Numbered from the stretch's first letter, positions 28,003 to 38,276 are shown. The stretch: DNA of 64,000 bases from an uncultured bacterium (GCA_903958395.1 CAJBSZ010000101.1:3894-67893); one strand, 5' to 3'. Notes: generated by a model from the sequence alone, not told the origin. Numbers and translations: made by a program.

Positions 28003-28998
28003 ATGAAAGTGCTTTGCGTACTCAATCCCGGGGCGGCAGGCGGCGATGCCTTGAAGCTCTGGCCCGTGGTCGCCGACTTGCTTCAACAGCAGGGCGTTGA
28101 CTATGAGTTGTTGTCCTGTGAAGGCGGATCCCCGATCAAGGACCAGGTTTACACCCAACTGATGGCGGCCGGAGCGGCGGCCTACGACGTGGTGGCGGGG
28201 ATCGGCGGAGATGGCACCCATGCCGCCGTGATCAACGCCTTGATGCAGGTCCGGGCGGCCTGCGGGGGAGTCCTGAAGCCCCGGTATGCCTTCATCCCCC
28301 TGGGCACAGGCAATGACATCGCTAAATCCCTGGGAATCCGGATTCACGATGACTATTCCCCTCGCGATCTCCGGCGCGCGGTCTCAACTATCCTGCATGG
28401 GGCTGATTACTGTCTCGACCTGGGCGTGATCAAGGGAACCTATTTTGCCGATGCCCTGACCATCGGGCTTGATTCCCGCATTCTCATGGAGCGGAATACT
28501 CATAAACGTGCCCTTGAAACCATTCCGTTGCTGAAATACCTGGCGAAGGGACGATTCCTCTACACGATGTCATGGGGCTCCCGGTTCTTACAGCACGCCC
28601 CCATGGTGGGGGAAATCAGGGTGGACGGGAAGTCCTGGTATACGGGGCGGTTGATCAATGTGGTGGTTAATAATACCCGGATTTATGCCGGTGATTTTGA
28701 TTTCAGCAGGGATGCCTATCCTGATGACGGTCTTCTGGATGTGGTTCTGTTCAATGCGCATGTGGACTATCTGACCCGCTATCTTCTGGCGATCCGTCAT
28801 AACCCGGACAAAATCAGGGACCTCTCCGCTGAATTGCATCGGCGTTCCATGCAGATCCAGGGGCGGGAAATCGAAATCCTTCTTGAGGATCCCGAGCCGG
28901 CTCAGGTGGATGGCGAGGAGTTTCCCGGAGATTCGATTTTCAAGGTTTCCGTGGCGTATCGCGTCTTGCCTATCAAAACTCCCGCTGAACCGCTGTGA
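28003..28998 (+). CDS. YegS/DgkA-like lipid kinase (DAGK catalytic domain)
   Basis: VLNPGAAGG ... GIGGDGT ... PLGTGND motifs of the diacylglycerol-kinase catalytic family. Confidence 0.75.
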   Translation: MKVLCVLNPGAAGGDALKLWPVVADLLQQQGVDYELLSCEGGSPIKDQVYTQLMAAGAAAYDVVAGIGGDGTHAAVINALMQVRAACGGVLKPRYAFIPLGTGNDIAKSLGIRIHDDYSPRDLRRAVSTILHGADYCLDLGVIKGTYFADALTIGLDSRILMERNTHKRALETIPLLKYLAKGRFLYTMSWGSRFLQHAPMVGEIRVDGKSWYTGRLINVVVNNTRIYAGDFDFSRDAYPDDGLLDVVLFNAHVDYLTRYLLAIRHNPDKIRDLSAELHRRSMQIQGREIEILLEDPEPAQVDGEEFPGDSIFKVSVAYRVLPIKTPAEPL

Positions 28999-29042
28999 AA
29001 ACAATCGACAGGTCGACGGTCCTCCTTTTATAGTCAAATCGC

Positions 29043-29897
29043 ATGAAGGCAATTTCTGATAATCCGATGGTGAAAGACCTGATCCGCCGTGCGCTGGAAG
29101 AGGATGTTGGCTCCGGTGATGTAACCACTCTCTCCGTTGTGCCTGAATCCAGCCGGGGTCGGGCCGTGATTCTTTCACGGGGTCACTATGTGGTGTCCGG
29201 TCTGGATGTCGCCGCCGCTGTGTTCGGAGCCGTGGATGCCTCACTCCAGTGCCGGTTTCTGGTTGCTGATGGCGACGTTGTGAAGCCGGATCAGCCCTTG
29301 ATGGCCATCGAAGGGGGTATTCGTGGAATTCTGACGGGGGAGCGGACTGCGTTGAATTTCATGCAGCGAATGACCGGGATCGCGTCGAGAACCCGTGAAT
29401 TTGCGGACACAGTGAAGCCCTATGGGACGCGGATCCTGGACACACGCAAAACGACTCCCACGCTGCGGATCCTGGAGAAATATGCGGTCACCTGCGGGGG
29501 TGGAAGGAATCATCGTATGGGGCTCTATGACATGGTTCTGATCAAGGACAATCACCGCCGCCTGTGGCAGGCGGCAGGGATCAGCAACCTGCAGGGTGCC
29601 GTGGCCGCCGCACGGGAAAAATTCCCCGGCATTCCGGTGGAGGTCGAAGTGGAATCCGAGGCTGAGCTTCGGGATGCCTTACGGGCGACTCCGGACTGGA
29701 TCATGCTCGACAACATGGATCCGACCCGGATGCGCGAGTGCGTGGCGATTTGTGCCGGGCAGGCCAAGCTGGAGGCTTCGGGCGGGGTCACGCTGGCCTC
29801 GGTCGAGGCCATTGCCGCAACCGGAGTGGATGCCATTTCCATTGGCGGGTTGACCCATTCGTCGCCAGCCGCCGATTTATCACTGGAGCTCGACTAA
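29043..29897 (+). CDS. nadC: nicotinate-nucleotide pyrophosphorylase (carboxylating) / quinolinate phosphoribosyltransferase
   Basis: ILDTRKTTP ... MLDNM QPRTase motifs; 284 aa. Confidence 0.85.
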   Translation: MKAISDNPMVKDLIRRALEEDVGSGDVTTLSVVPESSRGRAVILSRGHYVVSGLDVAAAVFGAVDASLQCRFLVADGDVVKPDQPLMAIEGGIRGILTGERTALNFMQRMTGIASRTREFADTVKPYGTRILDTRKTTPTLRILEKYAVTCGGGRNHRMGLYDMVLIKDNHRRLWQAAGISNLQGAVAAAREKFPGIPVEVEVESEAELRDALRATPDWIMLDNMDPTRMRECVAICAGQAKLEASGGVTLASVEAIAATGVDAISIGGLTHSSPAADLSLELD

Positions 29898-30662
29898 ATG
29901 GAAGCCTTCTTTGTTATCGATGTCGGCAACACGAGTACCCATGTGGGGTTGGTTCGGGGACGCCGGATTCTGCGACAGGGCCGCATGTCAACGCGGGAGG
30001 GGCGGGATGAGCGCAACATCACGGCGCTTCTCCGCCGCATCGCGGGTGCCCGCAAGGTGACGGGCTCCGTTCTATGTTCCGTGGTCCCCGGACTCAACCC
30101 CCTCTGGACAGAGATCCTGATGAAACTGTGCGGATCCCTTCCGCTGGTGGTGGATCACCGGATTTGCCTCAACATCACGGTGGATTATCCTCATCCTGAA
30201 ACCATCGGGGCGGATCGTCTTGCGGATGCGGCGGCCGCCTGGGCCCGCTACAAGGGCGCGGTGATTGTGGCCGACTTCGGAACGGCACTGACGTTTGACG
30301 TGATTACCGGGGATGGCCGTTATGTCGGGGGAGTGATTGCGCCCGGGTTGCCCCTGATGACCGATTATCTTTCTGAACGAACAGCCCTGCTGCCGCAGAT
30401 CAAGCTGGGCGGGCGCTTCAAGGCGATCGGGCGCAGTACGGATGAGGCGATGCGGATCGGGGCCATGGTGGGCTATTGCGGCATGGTTCGCGAAATCCTG
30501 CGTCATATCAAATCCGGAATGAAAGAACGCCGTGTCCGGTTCTGCGCCACAGGTGGGTATGCCGGGTTGGCTCTGAAGGGGCTCGACACCCCGGTTGATA
30601 TTATACCGGAACTGACGCTGGAGGGGCTGGTGTTGCTCAGGGAAATCAACATTCTTCAATAA
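29898..30662 (+). CDS. coaX: type III pantothenate kinase
   Basis: FFVIDVGNTSTHVGL and GGYAGLA motifs of CoaX/Bvg-accessory-factor family proteins. Confidence 0.85.
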   Translation: MEAFFVIDVGNTSTHVGLVRGRRILRQGRMSTREGRDERNITALLRRIAGARKVTGSVLCSVVPGLNPLWTEILMKLCGSLPLVVDHRICLNITVDYPHPETIGADRLADAAAAWARYKGAVIVADFGTALTFDVITGDGRYVGGVIAPGLPLMTDYLSERTALLPQIKLGGRFKAIGRSTDEAMRIGAMVGYCGMVREILRHIKSGMKERRVRFCATGGYAGLALKGLDTPVDIIPELTLEGLVLLREINILQ

Positions 30663-30667
30663 ATGCC

Positions 30668-31129
30668 ATGGGTAGAATTCTGGGAATTGATTACGGGACC
30701 AAGCGCATGGGAATCGCCATCAGCGATGCCACGGCCATGCTGTCCACTCCGGTGTCGGTTGAATCGGTTCACTCCATGGACGAGGCGGTCACCGTGGCCT
30801 GTCGCATTGCCCGGGAGCGGGGTGTTGAGAAAATTGTGGTGGGTATTCCCGTCAACATGAATGGAACCAATGGCCCGATGGCCCTGGAAGCCATGCAATT
30901 CATCGAACGGCTCCGGGGGGCAAGCGGGCTTCCCGTTGACACCACGGATGAACGGCTCAGCACCAGTCTCGTGGAGCGGATGCTGGTGGACGCCGATGTT
31001 TCGCGGGGGCGGCGGAAGGAAGTTCGCGACAAGCTGGCCGCGCAGGTCATTTTGCAGGGATACCTGGATGCCAAGGCGGGTCCCCAATTTTACAACCCCG
31101 ATGATGACGCCTTGCGCAATCCGGATTGA
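30668..31129 (+). CDS. ruvX: YqgF/RuvX Holliday-junction-resolvase-like nuclease
   Basis: ILGIDYGTKRMGIAISD is the RNase H-like YqgF start. Confidence 0.8.
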   Translation: MGRILGIDYGTKRMGIAISDATAMLSTPVSVESVHSMDEAVTVACRIARERGVEKIVVGIPVNMNGTNGPMALEAMQFIERLRGASGLPVDTTDERLSTSLVERMLVDADVSRGRRKEVRDKLAAQVILQGYLDAKAGPQFYNPDDDALRNPD

Positions 31130-32178
31130 TCCGGAGCAGGGGCGGCGCTTTTTCTTTTTCTGGATTTTGGTTTAGTGGTGACGGGTCGATCAGGGTTTGC
31201 GGGAGCAGCAATCTGTGACGACCGGGGGCGGGTTGTCCTTTTGTGACTTTTATGGCCGTTCCAGAGCCATGCGGCGCCTGCACTGGAAAGTAGCCCGGTG
31301 ATCACCATCGCAAGGAATAGCTGTTTCCAGCGCCTGAGGCTCCTCTTCAGAAGCGTGACATCCTGGGTGGCGAGCAGTGTGTGCGCGGCTTTCACCGCTG
31401 TGGTAGGCGGGGTAAAGTCCAATTGTTCCCGAACCGGAATGGTTTTCTTCAGGGGGTCATTCTTCAGGAAATGGCAACGACTCACATCCAGGCCCGACTG
31501 GATGATGGCGGAGCGGTAACTGTCGAGATCGAAGGCGACCCGTCGCCAGAAAACGGCCCGGGCTTCCGTATCATACAGACAATAGCTGGCGCGCGGGTCG
31601 CCGTCACGGGGGGCGCCCACCGAGCCGACATTGACGAAATAGCGTTTTCCGGGTTCCAGTTCAAAATCCTGCGGCTCGATTTCACGGGGAACGCCGCTTG
31701 AGCCGATGAGGAAGAAGGCGGGGTCATGGGTGTGGCCGGCCAGGAGCAGTTGGGAGTCAACAGCCTGCCATGACGGCAGGGCATCCTCGGGGTTGAGGAT
31801 ATATTCGAAATTCGCCGGTTTGGAAAAGTCCCCATGGGCGCACCGGAATCCGTTTCCCACCAGCGTCAGGGGGAACGACCCCAGAAACGCCGCCGCTTTC
31901 CGGTTGAGCTGCCCGGCCGTCCACCGGATGATTTCCCGCGCCTCCGGATTGAATGAGGAATCATCCATTTTCCCGCCCACCACGGCATCGTGATTGCCCA
32001 ATACAAAGGCATCGACATGGGAGTGAACTTCATTCAGAAGTCGGGCGGGGGAAGGGCCGTAGCCGACGACATCGCCCAGGCAGATGATATAATCCGCGCG
32101 CTGCCCCCGGATGTCCCGATGTACGGCGTGCCACGCCTGGAGGTTGGCATGAAGGTCCGAAATGAAGGCATATCGCAT
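31090..32178 (-). CDS. membrane-anchored calcineurin-like metallophosphoesterase, paralog 1
   Basis: FISDLHAN, GDVVGYGP and GNHD metal-ligand motifs, then a TM helix and a basic Pro-rich tail. It overlaps the ruvX 3' end by 40 nt on the opposite strand. Confidence 0.7.
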   Translation of the reverse strand: MRYAFISDLHANLQAWHAVHRDIRGQRADYIICLGDVVGYGPSPARLLNEVHSHVDAFVLGNHDAVVGGKMDDSSFNPEAREIIRWTAGQLNRKAAAFLGSFPLTLVGNGFRCAHGDFSKPANFEYILNPEDALPSWQAVDSQLLLAGHTHDPAFFLIGSSGVPREIEPQDFELEPGKRYFVNVGSVGAPRDGDPRASYCLYDTEARAVFWRRVAFDLDSYRSAIIQSGLDVSRCHFLKNDPLKKTIPVREQLDFTPPTTAVKAAHTLLATQDVTLLKRSLRRWKQLFLAMVITGLLSSAGAAWLWNGHKSHKRTTRPRSSQIAAPANPDRPVTTKPKSRKRKSAAPAPDQSGLRKASSSGL

Positions 32179-32229
32179 GACTAGTCGATAACCTAGTTGC
32201 GATTAGCCGTCAACTAAAACAAATCTAAT

Positions 32230-33816
32230 TTATTTATTTTTCGGCGGCATGGCCCAGGAGTCGTCAGCTTTGTCGCCCGGGTTCGAAGGCGGGGTGGCGG
32301 CAGCCGGGTCCGCCGGAGTCGATTCAGGGGCAGGGGCGGTCGGAGCCGGTTCGGAGGCCGGTTCCTGGAGTGGGGTTCCGTCATCGGTGGGCTTCAGGGA
32401 CACCTGGGGGAACAGGATGGTGCCCGAGAAGCGTCCCTCCAGGCACGCCTGAAGTGTGCCGCGTGAGGCGGGCGTGGTGATCTGGCCCTGAATCTTTGAC
32501 AATCCGGAAATCAGCATGTCGCCCACATCCTGTTTAAAGAGGATTTTCCGGGCGGAGCCGTCGGCGGCGGAAAAAATCAGGGACACGGTAAAACGCCCCG
32601 AAAAGTCATGATATTTCTGGGCGGCAGCGTCCAGAATCCAGGTTTGGCCGGGTTCCGCGCTGATCCGGGAGGACACCATCTGGATGGCATGTTTTTCCCG
32701 TTTTGAACGGAGATAGAGGAACGATTGTTTAAAGGCGTTCAGGTTCAAGCCGGCGGCCTGCCTGTATTTATCCTCCAGATGAATCGTCCAGCCGGTGATG
32801 GGGGTTCCGGGCTCAATGACGCGAGCCGGAAAGGAGAGCATGTTGATGCGGGTGGACTGAACCGGCTGGTTTCCGGTTCCGGCGATGACGACGGGGTGGG
32901 GCAGGGCTCGCCAGATGGCCGTTCCGATCATCAGGACGACGATCGCCAGGATGACTTTCATGTTCAGCGGCATTTTCTGGGGGCGGCGCGGGAGTACCTT
33001 GATATCCTGCACGGCGACGACATCATGAGCGGCCTTGTCGCTGGATTTCGGGGGAATAAAGACCTTTTGTTTTTCGATCTGGGCGTTTTTCGGGGCGGGT
33101 TGCATATAGTAGCTGGGATCCAGTTGCAGGCCCGTGGCCTTGAGTGATTTCCGGTAGGCCTCCAGATCAAACGACACGCGCCGCCAGTAGAGCGACTTGG
33201 TTTCCGAATCATAAATGCAGTAACACGACCGGACATCCGAGCCCCGGGGCTGTCCGACCGATCCGATGTTCACCAGATAGCGCTTGCCCGGATCCACGAC
33301 AAAATCCTGGGGTTCGACGCTGCGGGGGGTTCCGCTGGTTCCCAGGATATAGAGGGCCGGTTCATGCGTGTGGCCGACGAACAGCAGGGCGTCATCCACG
33401 GCCTTCCAGGAGGGGAGGGCGCCCTCCGCGTCCAGGACATAATCAAAATTGGCGGGTGCGGTAAATTCGCCGTGAACGCAACGGAATCCGTCGCCGACCA
33501 GGGTGAGCGGAAAGGTTCCCAGGAAATTCCGATCCTCGTCGCTCAGCTGCTTGTTTGTCCACTCAATAATCTTCCGGGCATCGTCATTAAACAGGGACTC
33601 GTCCAGTTTCCCGCACATCACGGCATCATGGTTTCCGAGGACAAAGGCATCGACCTTGGTGCGGACTTCCCGGAGTATTTCGCGCGGATTCGGGCCGTAG
33701 CCGACCACGTCCCCGAGGGAAATGATCCGGTCCACATTGTTCGCCTGAATATCATGGTAAACCGTTTTCCATGCCTGGATATTGGAATGGAGGTCTGAAA
33801 CGAAAGCATATTTCAT
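32230..33816 (-). CDS. membrane-anchored calcineurin-like metallophosphoesterase, paralog 2, with ~250-aa extracytoplasmic C-terminal region
   Basis: About 55-60 % identical to paralog 1 over the first ~280 aa (MKYAFVSDLHSN...GDVVGYGP...GNHD), followed by a TM helix and a C-terminal domain with a Pro-rich acidic tail. Confidence 0.7.
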   Translation of the reverse strand: MKYAFVSDLHSNIQAWKTVYHDIQANNVDRIISLGDVVGYGPNPREILREVRTKVDAFVLGNHDAVMCGKLDESLFNDDARKIIEWTNKQLSDEDRNFLGTFPLTLVGDGFRCVHGEFTAPANFDYVLDAEGALPSWKAVDDALLFVGHTHEPALYILGTSGTPRSVEPQDFVVDPGKRYLVNIGSVGQPRGSDVRSCYCIYDSETKSLYWRRVSFDLEAYRKSLKATGLQLDPSYYMQPAPKNAQIEKQKVFIPPKSSDKAAHDVVAVQDIKVLPRRPQKMPLNMKVILAIVVLMIGTAIWRALPHPVVIAGTGNQPVQSTRINMLSFPARVIEPGTPITGWTIHLEDKYRQAAGLNLNAFKQSFLYLRSKREKHAIQMVSSRISAEPGQTWILDAAAQKYHDFSGRFTVSLIFSAADGSARKILFKQDVGDMLISGLSKIQGQITTPASRGTLQACLEGRFSGTILFPQVSLKPTDDGTPLQEPASEPAPTAPAPESTPADPAAATPPSNPGDKADDSWAMPPKNK

Positions 33817-36632
33817 GGGTTCCGCCTTACTGTTGATGTTGATTTCTTGATCTCAAAAGGGGTGTGTGACGGGCGGGTGCGAATCCATTTTTCGATGGAT
33901 ATCACGGGAAGAACCGTGGCTCCGACGAGAATGGCATGGGACCACTCGGACCAGCCCAACGGGCTTGTCTTGAACAGGGTTTGAAAAAACGGGATATAGA
34001 GAAAGCAGGCCTGAAGGAGAAGGAGGCTTCCGATTCCAACAAAGACGGGGGGATTGGAGAAGAGCCCCATGGACAGGACTGAATTTTTCAAGGAGCGGCA
34101 ATTGAACAAATAGAAGATCTGGAAAAACACGATCGTGGTGACACAGGTGCTTTGAGCCCCCGAAAGGGCCAGGGTATGGCGTGCCAGGGAGAGGGGTGCG
34201 GGACCGGCCATCCGATCATATTCCCAGAGGAAGAGGGCGCAGGATCCCGCTGTCATGAGTCCCGCCACCATGAAGAGGCGGAACACAATAAATCCCGAAA
34301 ACACCGGCTCGTCCGGGCCCCGTGGTTTCCGGTGCATGGCGTTACGTTCCAGCACCTCAAAGGCGAGGGGAACCGACAAGGCCAGGCTGGCCACAAGATT
34401 GATCCAGAGGGTCTGGGTCGGAGACATGGCCAGAAGGAGGGCGGGGGTGCCCTCAATCATGGCAACCGGGAAGAAGAATACGGCTGCCGCCAGGATAAAG
34501 GCCAGTCCCAGGTTGGTGGGCAGGAGAAAGGCGAGGGACTTGATAAGGTTGTCATAAACGCGGCGGCCTTCCTCCACTGCGGCGGCGATGGACGCGAAAT
34601 TATCATCCGCCAGGATCACCTTGGAGGCTTCCTTGGCGACGGCGGTGCCGGTGATGCCCATGGCAATGCCGATATCGGCTTTTTTGAGGGCGGGGCCGTC
34701 GTTGACGCCATCGCCGGTCATGGCGACAACATGCCCCCTGGCCTGGAGGGCTTCCACAATCCTGATCTTATGCTCGGGTGCCACTCGCGCGAACACATTG
34801 GTTTCCGTGACACGATCCTGAAGCTGTTCCCCGGTCAACCCGTCCAAGTCACGGCCGATGCAGGCATATTGAGAGGGTTTCAGGAGACCGAGTTGCCGTC
34901 CGATGGCCTGGGCCGTGGTGGGGTGATCGCCCGTGATCATCTTGACCGTGATGCCGGCTCCATGGCAGACGCGGATAGCCTCCATCGCCTCGGTCCGGGG
35001 CGGGTCAATCATTCCCATCAGGCCTACGAACGTCAGGCCGCCCGAGACGGTCTCCGGCTGAAAGGATTCAGTTTCAGAGCCTGTTTTTTTGGCGAAGGCG
35101 ATGACCCGCATGCCTTGCCGGGCGTATGTTTCAATGGCCTCATGAACCCGGGCTCGTTCCGGATCTGTCAGGGAGCAGCGTTGCAGAACCGTTTCCGGCG
35201 CACCTTTGAGGCTGATGTGATGGGCTCCGTCAAGGGAGTTGAGCGTGGCCATAAACTTGGTTTCCGATTCAAACGGAATGACATCCAGGCGAGGGTGTTC
35301 CCGGCGCAGGGAGTGCGCAAAGAGGCCTGCTTTTTGTCCGGCAACAACGAGGGCCGCCTCCGTCGGGTCGCCTGTAATGCTCCAGCCGTCGTTCTCCTGC
35401 TGAAGGGATGAATCATTACACAACACTGAAATGATCAGGAGCTCTCTGAGTTCAGGAGGAAGTTCATGGGTGAGGGCGACTCCATTATGCTCGATGACTC
35501 CCTCGGGGGAATAGCCCACCCCTGAAAAGCGGTATTCCCGGGCGCCGGTCCAGGCGACCTGAATGGTCATCTCATTACGGGTCAGTGTGCCGGTTTTATC
35601 GGTGCAGATCACCGAGGTTGAGCCCAGCGTTTCCACGGCGGGAAGATGTCGCACCACGGCATGGCGCGCCGCCATGGCCCTGACGCCAAGGGCAAGGGAA
35701 ATGGTGATCATGGCGGGCAATCCTTCGGGAATGGCGGCGACGGCCAGGGTGATGGCCACCATGAGCGCATCGTTCAGGGGGGCCTGTTTGATCCAGAGGC
35801 CGAAAATCAGAAGTATGCCGGCGAGAATCACGACGGCGGCGGTAATCAAGAGGCTGACTTTGGCAAGCTGCCGGGTCAGCGGGGTCTCGATTTCGCGCGT
35901 TTGGTTCAGCAGGGTATTGATGTGTCCGAGTTCGGTCTGGTTGCCCGTCGCCACCACGACCCCGGTGGCAGTCCCCTGAAGCACCAGTGTGCCGCTGTAG
36001 GCCATGCCAAACCGGTCGCCGAGGGCTGCGTCGGGTGCGGCCGCATCGGACTGTTTTCCGACAGGCAGGGATTCGCCAGTCAGGGCGGCTTCCTCAATCA
36101 GCAGGTTCTTGACCTGGATCAGTCGCAAGTCGGCAGGAATTTTGTCGCCGCTTTGCAGGGTGACAATATCGCCCGGGACAAGTTCGGCGGCGTGCAGGGT
36201 CACGGGAACGCCCCCGCGACGGGCGTTGGCCATCTCGGGAACCATGGCGGAAAGTGCTTCAATGGCCTTTCCGGCGCGGTATTCCTGGAAAAATCCGATG
36301 ATGGCATTGACCACAAGGGCACCGAAGACAACGATGGCGTCGGTTGTTTTGTGAAGAATCAGGGCCAGGCTTCCGGCCCCGATCAGCAGCCATCCGATCG
36401 GGTTGTTGATCTGTCGCCAGAACATCAGCCACGGGCTGTCACCGGCTGTTTTGAGTAAGACGTTGGCGCCGTAGGTATTTCGCTGTTTGACGACTTCGTC
36501 CGGAGTCAGTCCATTCTGTCGCGAGCCGAGGGTCTCCAGAATAGAGTCCGGGCGCATGGCGTGCCAGGAAGGCGGCGGTGCAGCCTGAGGCTGAGGCATC
36601 GTGTGTCGCTGGTCTTTTTCCGGATTCATCAA
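33813..36632 (-). CDS. cation-transporting P-type ATPase (Ca2+/Mg2+ family)
   Basis: CTDKTGTLT phosphorylation motif, MTGDGVNDGPAL hinge motif and 10 TM helices; 939 aa. The true start could be one of several nearby Met codons. Confidence 0.8.
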   Translation of the reverse strand: MMNPEKDQRHTMPQPQAAPPPSWHAMRPDSILETLGSRQNGLTPDEVVKQRNTYGANVLLKTAGDSPWLMFWRQINNPIGWLLIGAGSLALILHKTTDAIVVFGALVVNAIIGFFQEYRAGKAIEALSAMVPEMANARRGGVPVTLHAAELVPGDIVTLQSGDKIPADLRLIQVKNLLIEEAALTGESLPVGKQSDAAAPDAALGDRFGMAYSGTLVLQGTATGVVVATGNQTELGHINTLLNQTREIETPLTRQLAKVSLLITAAVVILAGILLIFGLWIKQAPLNDALMVAITLAVAAIPEGLPAMITISLALGVRAMAARHAVVRHLPAVETLGSTSVICTDKTGTLTRNEMTIQVAWTGAREYRFSGVGYSPEGVIEHNGVALTHELPPELRELLIISVLCNDSSLQQENDGWSITGDPTEAALVVAGQKAGLFAHSLRREHPRLDVIPFESETKFMATLNSLDGAHHISLKGAPETVLQRCSLTDPERARVHEAIETYARQGMRVIAFAKKTGSETESFQPETVSGGLTFVGLMGMIDPPRTEAMEAIRVCHGAGITVKMITGDHPTTAQAIGRQLGLLKPSQYACIGRDLDGLTGEQLQDRVTETNVFARVAPEHKIRIVEALQARGHVVAMTGDGVNDGPALKKADIGIAMGITGTAVAKEASKVILADDNFASIAAAVEEGRRVYDNLIKSLAFLLPTNLGLAFILAAAVFFFPVAMIEGTPALLLAMSPTQTLWINLVASLALSVPLAFEVLERNAMHRKPRGPDEPVFSGFIVFRLFMVAGLMTAGSCALFLWEYDRMAGPAPLSLARHTLALSGAQSTCVTTIVFFQIFYLFNCRSLKNSVLSMGLFSNPPVFVGIGSLLLLQACFLYIPFFQTLFKTSPLGWSEWSHAILVGATVLPVISIEKWIRTRPSHTPFEIKKSTSTVRRNP

Positions 36633-36748
36633 GAGGGGAACTTTAGCAGGGAATCATAGTGCATCAATCCTAAATGAAAATGCAGTATCGGCTGGATGTC
36701 CTGGGCGGAGACGGTGTAATGTCACCCCGAACAGCAGGAGACCAATTT

Positions 36749-37645
36749 ATGGCGAAGAAAACCATTGTGGCGGCCGTCCAGTCGGGCCGCGTGTTAGTTT
36801 CGGATGGCGCGTGGGGGACATTCCTTCAGAAAAAAGGGATGAAGCCGGGCGAATGCCCGGAATTGTGGTGCGTGACGCATCGGGCGGATGTTCTCGACAT
36901 TGCCCGCAGTTATATCGAGGCGGGTGCCGACATGATTGAGTCCGACAGCTTTGGGGGTACCCGCTGCAAGTTGCAGCATTTCGGGCTTGAGGATCGGACT
37001 GCCGAACTGAATCGGGCGGCGGCGGCAGTTTCGCGTGAGGCGGCCGGGACTGACCGGTGGGTGATTGCTTCCGTTGGGCCGACCGGACTGATGACCGTTC
37101 TGGGAGATGTGACCGAGGATGACCTGTACCGTGATTTCAAGGAGCAGGCCATGGCGTTGGCCGAGGGGGGCGCCGATGCCCTCTGTATTGAAACGATGAG
37201 TGCGGTGGATGAGGCGGCGGCGGCGGTGCGGGCCTGCCGGGATCACACTCAATGCGAGGTGATCTGCACCTTTACCTTTGAGCGAACCCTCCAGGGCGAG
37301 TACCGGACGATGATGGGTGTATCCCCGACCGAGGCGGCGCGTGCGGCGATTGAGGCGGGTGCCCATGTCATCGGTACAAATTGTGGCAACGGCATGGAAC
37401 GTATGGTGGAGATTGTGCGGGAGATGAGGGCCGCCGCTCCGGTCACACCGATCCTGGTCCATGCCAATGCGGGGCTACCCAAGTCAGTCGATGGCGTCGA
37501 TGTTTTTCCGGAAACCCCGGCTGACATGGCGGCCCGCGTTCCCGCCCTGATTGCGGCGGGGGCCAATATCATTGGCGGCTGTTGCGGGACGACGCCCGCG
37601 CATATTACGGCAATCAAGCGGGCCGTGCTTGGCTTGAAGGCCTGA
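36749..37645 (+). CDS. homocysteine S-methyltransferase-domain protein (stand-alone MetH/MmuM-like Hcy-binding domain)
   Basis: The ...LVSDGAWGT... start and C-terminal GGCCGTTP Zn-binding motif are typical of the Hcy S-methyltransferase domain; start moved to the internal ATG. Confidence 0.7.
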   Translation: MAKKTIVAAVQSGRVLVSDGAWGTFLQKKGMKPGECPELWCVTHRADVLDIARSYIEAGADMIESDSFGGTRCKLQHFGLEDRTAELNRAAAAVSREAAGTDRWVIASVGPTGLMTVLGDVTEDDLYRDFKEQAMALAEGGADALCIETMSAVDEAAAAVRACRDHTQCEVICTFTFERTLQGEYRTMMGVSPTEAARAAIEAGAHVIGTNCGNGMERMVEIVREMRAAAPVTPILVHANAGLPKSVDGVDVFPETPADMAARVPALIAAGANIIGGCCGTTPAHITAIKRAVLGLKA

Positions 37646-37646
37646 A

Positions 37647-38276
37647 ATGAATGAGCTGAATCATCCTCCCCGTCTGGGCATTCTGGGCGGAACCTTCAAT
37701 CCGGTTCATTTGGGGCATATGATCATGGCCCAGGATGCGATGGAGGCCTTTGATTTATCCCGGGTACTATTTATGCCCTGCGCCCGGCCGCCCCACAAAC
37801 CGGCCACCGCCCTGGCTCCCGCGCACCACCGGTTCGCCATGCTGGAGGCCGCGATTGAGGGGGATTTGCGGTTTGAGTTGTCCGACATGGAACTCCAGCG
37901 TGGCGGAATCTCCTACACCATTGATACCCTGCGCGCCCTGACGGCGGAACATCCGGGCGTGGAGTTGTTTTTCATCATCGGGGCGGATTCACTGGGTGAA
38001 CTGCATCTCTGGCGCGAGATTGAGGCACTGCTGGCGTTGTGCCGGATTGTGACCATGGCGCGGCCGGGCGTGAAACCGGAGGCCCTTCAGGCCAACGCCA
38101 TCAACTTAAGGGATCCCTGGCCCGAGCAGATTCATGCGGACATCCGGGTCGGGCACCTGGTGGAGGTGTCCTCAACCGACATCCGGTATCGGGCGGCGGA
38201 AGGCATGACGATTCGTTATCTTGTGCCGCCGGGGGTTGATATGTATATTGCTGAGCATTCGCTATACAGGAGATGA
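37647..38276 (+). CDS. nadD: nicotinate-nucleotide adenylyltransferase
   Basis: GILGGTFNPVHLGH is the (H/T)xGH nucleotidyltransferase motif. Confidence 0.85.
   Translation: MNELNHPPRLGILGGTFNPVHLGHMIMAQDAMEAFDLSRVLFMPCARPPHKPATALAPAHHRFAMLEAAIEGDLRFELSDMELQRGGISYTIDTLRALTAEHPGVELFFIIGADSLGELHLWREIEALLALCRIVTMARPGVKPEALQANAINLRDPWPEQIHADIRVGHLVEVSSTDIRYRAAEGMTIRYLVPPGVDMYIAEHSLYRR

Noticed and set aside
31090-33816. Possibility that the tandem metallophosphoesterases are anti-phage effectors (Lamassu/CBASS-like)
   Set aside because: No partner SMC-like, cyclase or sensor genes are nearby. The genes sit in a housekeeping context, coupled to a P-type ATPase.
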